From sequence record DRR378314_948: a stretch of 36,844 nt of DNA, one strand, 5' to 3'. The position numbers were made by a program, and so were the translations under genes. The notes under the pieces are model-generated. The model did no database searches. It worked only from the letters and a program-made list of their open reading frames with translations, and was not told the origin of the DNA. Below are positions 28,292 to 35,975 of this stretch, piece by piece (the stretch's first letter is position 1; each line of letters begins with the position of its first letter).

Positions 28292-28327
28292 GGTGTCGCC
28301 GGCGCCACATCAGGCGCCAGCGATACC
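28292..28327 (-). other. Intercistronic stem-loop after the flotillin gene
   Basis: Minus strand GGTATCGCTGGCGCC-tgatgt-GGCGCCGGCGACACC: 15-bp stem with one mismatch and one G-U, no U-tract. Confidence 0.6.
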
Positions 28328-28333
28328 GGGGCT

Positions 28334-30337
28334 TTAGGCGGTTTCCGAGTTTCGGCTGACTTTGTCACCAGCAACCCGTCCGGCAAGCCCTGACAGCGCC
28401 GCCTGCAGGGAGGGTGACTTGTCCAGCACACCCTGGACGCTCTTGCCGTAGCCAAGGCCCTGGGCGAATTTTTCGAAAATGCCGCCATCACCGCCGATCA
28501 TCTCGAACTTGGCATCTTTGAGGGCTGCCGCCATCACCCGGCCATTCTCCAGCATTCCGGCCTTCTGGGCATCGATCTGAGCCATCACCTCCTTCTCATG
28601 GACTTCCAGGTTCATGCGGAACTCTTCGAAGTGGCGTGATTCCTCAGACATGCCATCATAGGCCTTCAACTTCTCTACCAGGCCGGCAGCTTCCGCCTTG
28701 GCCATGGCTTCGCGGGCGTCGGCCCTGGCGTGGCCCATGCGTTCTTCGCCTTCTGCCTCGGCCAGCACCATCGCTTTGCGGGCATCCGCCTTGGCAACAC
28801 CCAGTTTCTCTTCACCCAGGGCTTCGGTTTCGAGCCGCTGTTCAAGCACCCTGACTTCGGCCATACCGGCTTCTTCATCCGCCTTGGCAGTAACAGACTT
28901 GACTTCAGCATGCGCCAGGCCGTCGGCACGGATGGCAGAAGCCTGGGCTTCCTTAACCTGTGCTTCAGCAAGACCGTCCGCCGCTGCCATCGCCTGACGG
29001 CCGCGGGCCAGTTTCTCATCCGCAACCGATTTTTTCTCGGCCGCATCCAGGTCAGCCTGGGATTTCACGCGAACCTGCTCAGCCTCGAACTTGGCGCGTT
29101 CGAAGGCCGCCTCGGCCGCCTTCACATCCATCAGTTTCAGTTCTTCGGCTTCCGCCTCTGCGGCAACCACCTTCGTAACCTTCAGGCGTTCAGCTTCGGA
29201 CCGGTTGCGAACATCCTTGATGTTCTCTTCCTCTTCCGCCACGTTGCGCTCAACGGCAATACGCTGGCTGGTGATGTCGGCGATTTCCTTACGCTCTTCT
29301 TCGAGCGCTTTTTCCATCCCGATTCGTTCAATTTCCACGGCCCGTTCGCGGTTAACATCCTCCAGCTCACGAGCCTGGCGAATCCGCACTTCCTCAATCT
29401 GCACGGCCCGTTCCCGCGCCTTCATGGCCATTTCAATCTGGCGCTGCTTGTTCTCATCCGCAATGGCCAGTTCTTCATCGGTCTTGATGCGAGCCGCTTC
29501 CGCGCGCGCACGCTCTTGTTGACGTACCTGCTCGGTTTCAGAAGACTCACGGGCCTGTAGGGTTTCAATCTCACGCTGCTGTCGGGCTTCCGCATCGGAC
29601 TGGCTGCGCTCAAGCTCCAACGAGGCCTCGCGGGCGGACACGTTCTTGCGCTGGATCTCCAACTCCTGGTCACGTTCCAGGCGGTTGGTCTCTACGTTGT
29701 GCATCGCGGTGATTTCGGTAATCCGCTTGATGCCCTCCGAATCCAGAATGTTGTTCGAGTCCAGGGACGATTTCGGCGTCTGCTCCAGATAATCGATGGC
29801 CACATCCTCAAGGACGTAGCCGTTCAGATCCTCGCCGATGGTCTCGACAATGGAATCCCGGAAGTGCTGGCGCTCCTCAAAGAGCTGCATGAACTCCAGT
29901 TTTTTACCAACCGTCTTGAGCGCTTCGCTGAACTTGGCATTGAACAACTGGTTGACCGCTTCCCGATCCGATGCCCGGCCAACGCCCACCGACTTGGCCA
30001 CCCGCAGCACGTCTTCCGCCGTTTCATTCACTCGCAGGTAAAATGCAACCGTTATATCCGCACGCAAGTTGTCCTTACAGATCAACCCTTCCTTGCCGGT
30101 TCGGTTCAGTTCCAGGGTGATCACCGAAATCTTCATGGTTTCGGATCGATGGATAACGGGCAGCACCATAGCACCGGTGAAGTACACCTTTGGTGTGGGC
30201 GACAGGTCGTTCACGATTAACGCCTGCCCCTGATCCACCTTTCGGTAGAACGCCTTGAACAGGGCCAGAATACCCAGTATTAGCAGAACCACCACACCGA
30301 CGGTGGTAATTACCGGCATCATCCACGATAAATCCAT
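28334..30337 (-). CDS. Flotillin/SPFH (Band 7) family protein, YqiK-like
   Basis: N-terminal TM, SPFH domain (GLICKDNLRADITVAFYLRV, NGYVLEDVAIDYLEQT), long EA/AE-rich coiled coil; RBS AGGAG. Confidence 0.92.
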   Translation of the reverse strand: MDLSWMMPVITTVGVVVLLILGILALFKAFYRKVDQGQALIVNDLSPTPKVYFTGAMVLPVIHRSETMKISVITLELNRTGKEGLICKDNLRADITVAFYLRVNETAEDVLRVAKSVGVGRASDREAVNQLFNAKFSEALKTVGKKLEFMQLFEERQHFRDSIVETIGEDLNGYVLEDVAIDYLEQTPKSSLDSNNILDSEGIKRITEITAMHNVETNRLERDQELEIQRKNVSAREASLELERSQSDAEARQQREIETLQARESSETEQVRQQERARAEAARIKTDEELAIADENKQRQIEMAMKARERAVQIEEVRIRQARELEDVNRERAVEIERIGMEKALEEERKEIADITSQRIAVERNVAEEEENIKDVRNRSEAERLKVTKVVAAEAEAEELKLMDVKAAEAAFERAKFEAEQVRVKSQADLDAAEKKSVADEKLARGRQAMAAADGLAEAQVKEAQASAIRADGLAHAEVKSVTAKADEEAGMAEVRVLEQRLETEALGEEKLGVAKADARKAMVLAEAEGEERMGHARADAREAMAKAEAAGLVEKLKAYDGMSEESRHFEEFRMNLEVHEKEVMAQIDAQKAGMLENGRVMAAALKDAKFEMIGGDGGIFEKFAQGLGYGKSVQGVLDKSPSLQAALSGLAGRVAGDKVSRNSETA

Positions 30338-30382
30338 TTAACTTTTCTCCTGAGCTGATTGAAAGGACGTGAGCGTGGTGGG

Positions 30383-31009
30383 TTATCCGGCCGATTCGCC
30401 GGAAAGGAATTCAGACTCCGGAACAACCCACCAGGCGTTGTTGTCCGGAATATGGTCGATCAAAACTGCGCGGTCCCGGTAGGACAATGGCGTATGGCTA
30501 CGCACCTGCAGCAACAGGTGGGCGCCATCCAGGGTGGCTTCTGCACGACCGGACGTTTCGGAAACGGATGAGGAAATCACAACACAGGGGGTGCCGATTA
30601 TTCGCTTCTGCAGGGGCGGCAAATAGGCCCGGCGAAACAGCGGGCGCAGCGGCCTCACTACAACCGAGGTGGCCAGGATACCAACCATGAAAGACACGAC
30701 GACAACGGCGGCACCATACAGCCAGTGGATCAAGCCGGACGGCACCAGCGAGCCGAACAGCAAATCGATGAAATAGCTGGACAACCAACCGGTCAGAAAC
30801 ACCAGTGTGAGAACCAGGGGCAGCGGAACACCCTGCAGACCCAGCGTCACCATAAGGCCACTGAAATCACCCGACGCATCGATATCGCCCTCGGCATCAA
30901 CATCCCCCATGCCGGACAGCGAAATCAGCCAGTAGATGATGGCAACGCAGAGAAGAACGGAGAAAATGACCGTGGGGAAGGAGAACGCAACTGCGAAGAA
31001 TGTTTCCAT
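30383..31009 (-). CDS. YqiJ/NfeD-like membrane protein with C-terminal OB fold
   Basis: FPTVIFS, acidic D-rich linker, GVPLPLVLTL, multiple TMs, C-terminal beta domain; directly upstream of the flotillin gene as in yqiJK. Confidence 0.82.
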   Translation of the reverse strand: METFFAVAFSFPTVIFSVLLCVAIIYWLISLSGMGDVDAEGDIDASGDFSGLMVTLGLQGVPLPLVLTLVFLTGWLSSYFIDLLFGSLVPSGLIHWLYGAAVVVVSFMVGILATSVVVRPLRPLFRRAYLPPLQKRIIGTPCVVISSSVSETSGRAEATLDGAHLLLQVRSHTPLSYRDRAVLIDHIPDNNAWWVVPESEFLSGESAG

Positions 31010-31045
31010 ACGCGACCAGACATCCGTTCCGGTAAATCCAATAGT

Positions 31046-31060
31046 TGACAGTTTTTGTCA
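31046..31060. promoter_or_regulatory. Palindromic operator candidate 1 (TGACA-N5-TGTCA)
   Basis: TGACA-GTTTT-TGTCA, 36 bp upstream of the yqiJ-like start. Confidence 0.65.
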
Positions 31061-31132
31061 GAGAGAAGTTGTTTATATCGCAAACAAACTATTTCTTGCA
31101 AATATTTAATCCTGCAGTTTAGACTCGACTTG

Positions 31133-31149
31133 TTGACATAAAATGTCAA
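31133..31149. promoter_or_regulatory. Palindromic operator candidate 2 (TTGACA-N5-TGTCAA)
   Basis: TTGACA-TAAAA-TGTCAA upstream of the yjfI-like gene; same half-sites and spacing as site 1. Confidence 0.7.
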
Positions 31150-31212
31150 GCCACAGGACAAGGTTCGTCCGGATCGGCCGAACCGATTCAACGCCACAGG
31201 AAGGAGCAATTC

Positions 31213-31617
31213 GTGGATACCCAATCTCTCACCCTGGCCCTGGGTGATGCCACCCATGCCGGCCGCACCTTTGATGTCATGCCCGTTGCCGGTGAGGAGC
31301 CGGTGCTTCAGGTCACGGTTTCCGGTGCCGAAGAAACGCCTGTCTACATTACCGTAACCGACACCCAGATTCTGTGCCTCGCGTATCTTTTTGACAAACA
31401 GGAACTGAACCCCGAACGGCTGAGTGATCTGCACGAGAACATGCTGAGAATCAGCGTGCCCATGCCTCTGAGTGCCCTGGGCAAGACCGGCGACCACTAT
31501 GTGGTGTACGGCGCCCTGAGCCCAACTTCCGGCACGACGGAAATCATGCAGGAACTGGTCACGCTCGCCGAGAATGCCATCGACCTGTTACAGACATTTG
31601 AAGATTATCTGGCTTAA
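31213..31617 (+). CDS. YjfI / DUF2170 family protein (type III chaperone-like fold)
   Basis: GTG start after AAGGAG; QILC..YLF, PLSALG, YVVYGALS and ELVTLAENA motifs; upstream of a PspA homolog as in yjfIJ. Confidence 0.82.
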   Translation: MDTQSLTLALGDATHAGRTFDVMPVAGEEPVLQVTVSGAEETPVYITVTDTQILCLAYLFDKQELNPERLSDLHENMLRISVPMPLSALGKTGDHYVVYGALSPTSGTTEIMQELVTLAENAIDLLQTFEDYLA

Positions 31618-31631
31618 GTGAGGGGTGAGAC

Positions 31632-32327
31632 ATGAGAACCGTATTGAAAAAAATCCTGACCGCCATGCGCGGTGGTGTTAACGAACTGGGTGAAGCCGTG
31701 GTGGATGGACAGGGCAACCGGATTCTGGAACAGGAACTGCGGGACGCCGAGCATGAGCTGAAGCAGGCCAAGCAGGAGCTGGCAAGCCTGATGGCTGAGG
31801 CCGCCTCACTCGCTCGCCAGATCCGTACCGAGCAGGACAGTGCCAGCAAACGGGAAGGCGATGCCCGCAAAGCGCTGGCCGCCGGCCAGGAAGAGTTGGC
31901 CCGTGAAGTGGCCGAGCGCATTGTCGGACACGAGCGCCGAACCACAGAACTGACCCAGACCCGTGAATTACTGCAGCAACGCATTGCCGGCCTGAAAGAG
32001 CGGGTGCAGCGGGCAGAGAAGCAGCTTGCCGATTATCGCCGGGAACTGCAGGTGGTGAAAACCAACGAACGTGTACTGCGCACCACGGCGCAGATTGATA
32101 CCAACATCAATAGCAACCAGTCTTCCCTGAGCACCGCAAAGGACACTCTGGAGCGCATTCGCGAGCGCCAGGCCCGGGAGGAAGACCGACAAACCGCCAG
32201 CGCAACACTGGAGAAAGAGCTCACCGGCACAGATCTCGATGAGAAGCTGAAGGCCGCAGGTATCGACGGCGATAAAGACTCCGTCAACGACGTTCTGGCT
32301 CGCCTTAAAGGCAACCCGGCACAGTGA
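31632..32327 (+). CDS. PspA/IM30 (ESCRT-III superfamily) protein, YjfJ-like
   Basis: Amphipathic N-terminal helix (LKKILTAMRG), RILEQELRDA, AL.AGQEELAREVA, long coiled coil, C-terminal VLARLK. Confidence 0.92.
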   Translation: MRTVLKKILTAMRGGVNELGEAVVDGQGNRILEQELRDAEHELKQAKQELASLMAEAASLARQIRTEQDSASKREGDARKALAAGQEELAREVAERIVGHERRTTELTQTRELLQQRIAGLKERVQRAEKQLADYRRELQVVKTNERVLRTTAQIDTNINSNQSSLSTAKDTLERIRERQAREEDRQTASATLEKELTGTDLDEKLKAAGIDGDKDSVNDVLARLKGNPAQ

Positions 32328-32332
32328 TCACA

Positions 32333-32356
32333 GCACCCCCAAGATTTTGGGGGTGC
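32333..32356 (+). other. Intercistronic stem-loop after the pspA-like gene
   Basis: GCACCCCCAA-gatt-TTGGGGGTGC: perfect 10-bp stem 5 nt after the stop codon, no U-tract. Confidence 0.7.
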
Positions 32357-32374
32357 ATTACCCAGGCTTAGCCA

Positions 32375-32707
32375 ATGTCAGGAAAAAGGGACTGGTCAAA
32401 GGAGGAACGCGCCGTTCAGGCTGTGCAAATGGCTTTTGATCTCTCCAATGAGATCCAGCGGGCATTCCGGGTATCTGCCGCCTTACAGGACGTTTCCACG
32501 GCCAATATGGTACGAAAAGTTCTGCAACTACCCTACCGCGGGAACCGCATCCGTCCACGGCTGACCGTCACGCTTCACGACGACGATTTTGACATCCTGG
32601 CCCGGAAATATGGCCTTGCCGCCGATGACCGGGTGGCCATACGCCAGAAGGTGGCAGAGGAGTTGCAGACATTCGCCCGCTCCTACCTGCCCGACTCGGA
32701 GAAGTGA
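32375..32707 (+). CDS. Small hypothetical protein, putative tandem ribbon-helix-helix DNA-binding protein
   Basis: Two beta-alpha-alpha-like units: VQMAFDLSNEIQRAFRVSAALQDVSTANMVRKVL and LTVTLHDDDFDILARKYGL...IRQKVAEEL. Confidence 0.6.
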   Translation: MSGKRDWSKEERAVQAVQMAFDLSNEIQRAFRVSAALQDVSTANMVRKVLQLPYRGNRIRPRLTVTLHDDDFDILARKYGLAADDRVAIRQKVAEELQTFARSYLPDSEK

Positions 32708-32772
32708 CGTGGGCTTGAGGAACCGGGCGCCATGAGCGCCCAGGACAAGCATTAGTACAGGAAAAGGACATC

Positions 32773-33867
32773 ATGCCCAGAACACGCTATCAGCGCTGCC
32801 CTGCTTGCGCCACCACAGGCCTGGAGCCAACGAGCAACCCCTCTATACTGGACTGCCGACACTGTCACGGAATCTGGTTTGAAGACGGCGCGCTGAATAG
32901 GGCCATCGCCCATAAACACGCCGACATCGACGCATACGATCACGAATCACACCTCGGCCCTGCCCTTGAAACCAGCAATCGCTTTTGCCGGCGCTGTGAC
33001 GTTCCCATGGTTCACTACCAGTTGCTGAAAACCTACACCACGGAAATCGACTGCTGCCCGAACTGCGATGGTGTCTGGCTGGACAAGCCGGAGGTAGATC
33101 AGGTGATGCACTCACCCAAATTGAAACAGGCTCTGGGCGACCTGAACAAAAGCGTGACCTGGAAGTCCTGGCTGTTCCAGTTCTTCACATCGATGCCGGT
33201 GGAATACAACATCCAGCCACACAGAACGCCCTGGGTAACGCGGGCACTGGTGGTCATCTGCAGCCTGATTTTTCTCGCAGGGGCACTGACGCCAGCCGCC
33301 AATGAATGGGTGTTCGCCAACCTGGGCCTGAACTCGCAAACCCAGAGCCCGGCCCATTTCGTGCTCCAGCTACTCACCTACCAGTTTGTACACGGCGGGC
33401 TGATGCATCTGGCGGGCAATATGTATTTCCTCTGGATCATCGGCGACAACCTCGAGGACGCCCTGGGCCATGGTGCCTTCCTCGCCCTGTATCTGTTCGC
33501 CGGTGTTATGGCGGCGCTGGCGGAACTGCTCTTCTTCAACGCAGCGAACGGCCCGCTGCTGCTGGTCGGCGCCAGCGGTTCCATCGCGGCCCTGTTCGGG
33601 CTTTACCTGGTCTGGTTCCGCCACGCCAGCCTGACCTTCATGATCGTGGTGTACCAGAAAAAGCTGGCGCCTCACTGGTATTTCCTGATCTGGAGTGGCA
33701 TTAACGTGTTCGGCATGTTCACTGGCCAGGGCGGCGTTGCCTGGGCAGCCCACCTGGGCGGGTTCGTGCTTGGGCTGTTATTGGGCTACTTGCTGAAAGA
33801 CCATGTATACCGCAAGAATCCGCTGATTGGCATGCTGAACCAGCCGGAGGCGGTTTTGCGGCGGTGA
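32773..33867 (+). CDS. Rhomboid protease with two N-terminal zinc-ribbon (zf-TFIIB-like) domains
   Basis: CPAC..CRHCHGIWFE and CRRC..CPNCDGVWLD, then PWVT, YQFVHGG..HLAGNM, GASGS and AHLGG. Confidence 0.9.
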   Translation: MPRTRYQRCPACATTGLEPTSNPSILDCRHCHGIWFEDGALNRAIAHKHADIDAYDHESHLGPALETSNRFCRRCDVPMVHYQLLKTYTTEIDCCPNCDGVWLDKPEVDQVMHSPKLKQALGDLNKSVTWKSWLFQFFTSMPVEYNIQPHRTPWVTRALVVICSLIFLAGALTPAANEWVFANLGLNSQTQSPAHFVLQLLTYQFVHGGLMHLAGNMYFLWIIGDNLEDALGHGAFLALYLFAGVMAALAELLFFNAANGPLLLVGASGSIAALFGLYLVWFRHASLTFMIVVYQKKLAPHWYFLIWSGINVFGMFTGQGGVAWAAHLGGFVLGLLLGYLLKDHVYRKNPLIGMLNQPEAVLRR

Positions 33868-33895
33868 CGCAGCGCTCAGGAAATGAGCGCCGTTT

Positions 33896-35542
33896 CTACT
33901 GGCTTAGCATGACGATCAACAGGGCCATCAACGCCACCAGTGAAACGCACGTCAGCAGAACTTTACCGGCGCCTGTGGAATTGCCGGCTTGCTGTTTGCC
34001 AGTTCCGGCTTTATCAGTCGCTGCCTGTTCTTTCAAAAAATGCCGAAAGTCAGCCAGTAGCTGGGTATTGGAAGTACGGGCGCCCTGATACCACGTTTCC
34101 GGAAACTCAATGCCCGCCACCGGAACTACAAGCGACCAACACATGGACGCAAACGGTACGCTGCCATTAATGAGCAACGAATCCCTGCCCGGAATCCCGC
34201 GGGGAAGGTCTCCGGCCATAACGTCTCGTCGTTCAAGCGCTTCACAAACATAACCCTCAGGCACTTCACCATGAACAAGAACCGGTAGTTTGTGGGTGCC
34301 ACAAGCCATACTCGCCAGAAAAGGGAAATGAGGGTCGTGGTAGTCGGGAACAAACAAACGCGTCAGGTTATCAGGCCGATAAGGTATCGCCGGGTAAAAC
34401 TGCCCTGATACCAGATACAAGGGCTTGCCGGGATCCCTGCCCTTCCAGAACAGCACCCAGGCAATATGGCGAACCAAGTGAGAACGGAGGCTATCGGGCA
34501 TCGAATAGCTTCCAACCTTTGAAGGCAGATCAATCTGCTCGGAAAAATCCTCCACCGGCAGGCCGGCTCCTCCCAATGGCAGCAACCAGTCCGGATGATC
34601 CATAAAGCGGATCTGATACTTGCGAGCTTCCACCCACTGTATATCCGCGTCACTGTCATCATCCCGGTCTGAAACCGCCTTACCCTCGACCACCTCCAAC
34701 TGGAGCCGCTTGCAGTCTGGCATCACTTGGTTATTTACGGTGCGCTCCAGATCGAAGAAGGATGCCAGCAACTTGCTGCTGACCATGGAAGACTCAGGCT
34801 TATAAGAATCCTCAATTTCCGTACTGCTGTTTTCATCAGACAAAGTAGCCAACGCAGAGAAATCATAAACCGGCTGATTCCAGTGGTCGAACAGCGCTTG
34901 CTCCTCAGGGAGCAACTGGCTGCGGCCTTTCACACTATCAATCAGGGTTGCATCTTCACTCACCAATAAACCGCGCTCATCCTCGTAGACAAGCGTGACT
35001 TCCGGTGTGCCTGACACCTCGCCACCAGAAATGGCACTGACACGCCATTTCTGCGCCTTCATTGCTTCGGTACCGTCCACGCCACTTTGCTGCAGACTGA
35101 GCACTTCGGATTCGTAAAGACAGTCATCGCCCCGCCGATTCTTGCCAATGGCTTTCATACCCAGAAAGCTCATCAACGACTCGTTCATGATGACTTCTTC
35201 ACCGAGCCACGAAAGCCATGCACCCAGCATATATGCATTTCTCGCAAGCTCTTTCAACGGTACAGGCTTGATGAATAAATCGGCACTCTCCGGCGCCTCG
35301 AAGTCTATCAATGCTGCCCTCAACCCAACCGGATCAGGGCTTGCCAGAAAGGTCTGGTTGCCATGGACTTCAAGCAACATCGGCAACTCTAACGCTTCTC
35401 CTTTTTTCACAAACACCGTGTGGAAAATGACATCCCGCCAGTCCCGAATCAGACTGAGGTAATCCTTTTGATTCATTAGTTCAACTAACTCCGCGCCGGT
35501 TGGCGCAGCACTATCTTCCTTGATCACCCTGGCTTCCTCCAT
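33896..35542 (-). CDS. Hypothetical protein with C-terminal membrane anchor
   Basis: 548-aa ORF with no recognised motif; ends in a hydrophobic helix VLLTCVSLVALMALLIVML. Confidence 0.7.
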   Translation of the reverse strand: MEEARVIKEDSAAPTGAELVELMNQKDYLSLIRDWRDVIFHTVFVKKGEALELPMLLEVHGNQTFLASPDPVGLRAALIDFEAPESADLFIKPVPLKELARNAYMLGAWLSWLGEEVIMNESLMSFLGMKAIGKNRRGDDCLYESEVLSLQQSGVDGTEAMKAQKWRVSAISGGEVSGTPEVTLVYEDERGLLVSEDATLIDSVKGRSQLLPEEQALFDHWNQPVYDFSALATLSDENSSTEIEDSYKPESSMVSSKLLASFFDLERTVNNQVMPDCKRLQLEVVEGKAVSDRDDDSDADIQWVEARKYQIRFMDHPDWLLPLGGAGLPVEDFSEQIDLPSKVGSYSMPDSLRSHLVRHIAWVLFWKGRDPGKPLYLVSGQFYPAIPYRPDNLTRLFVPDYHDPHFPFLASMACGTHKLPVLVHGEVPEGYVCEALERRDVMAGDLPRGIPGRDSLLINGSVPFASMCWSLVVPVAGIEFPETWYQGARTSNTQLLADFRHFLKEQAATDKAGTGKQQAGNSTGAGKVLLTCVSLVALMALLIVMLSQ

Positions 35543-35599
35543 TTAAACAAGAGCCAATCTGCTTACATCAATACGGACAAGCACACTCAAGTCTTTGCA

Positions 35600-35803
35600 T
35601 CACGACGCATACTTTAACTTCTCTGCCATCAGGTTCGCCCGCCGTTCGGTATCGATGCGTTTGACCCTGCTGTGCATCTCATCCTCTTTCTCCCGGAGGA
35701 CCCGAAAGCGTCTGGAACGGGCGTCCAACTGCCCTCGACGGTGTGGTTTTTCGTTTCTCCCAGGGTACCAGGCGGTCGATCTATAATAGGCAGTCTCAGC
35801 CAT
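35600..35803 (-). pseudogene. Probable internally deleted remnant of an immunity-like membrane-protein paralog
   Basis: 67-codon ORF MAETAYYR...EMHSRVKRIDTERRANLMAEKLKYAS with RBS GGAGG; the termini resemble those I recall for this gene family. Confidence 0.4.
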
Positions 35804-35975
35804 CGGAGGCTTCCTCCAAAGTGTTCCGGTACGGTAGGCCCGGGTATTCAAGGCTATCCGGTTCGTGGTTAGGCTAGCCCAGAAGGGTGCATCATCCCGG
35901 GTAAAGTCCGGAGCATTGTGCTCACTGGTTCGTTACCGGCTTGCATGGTGGTTGATCCACAGAGTTTTTGCCGAT

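Noticed and set aside
31010-31212. Sigma54 (-24/-12) promoter as in classical pspA
   Set aside because: No TGGCAC-N5-TTGC match seen and no PspF-like activator in the window
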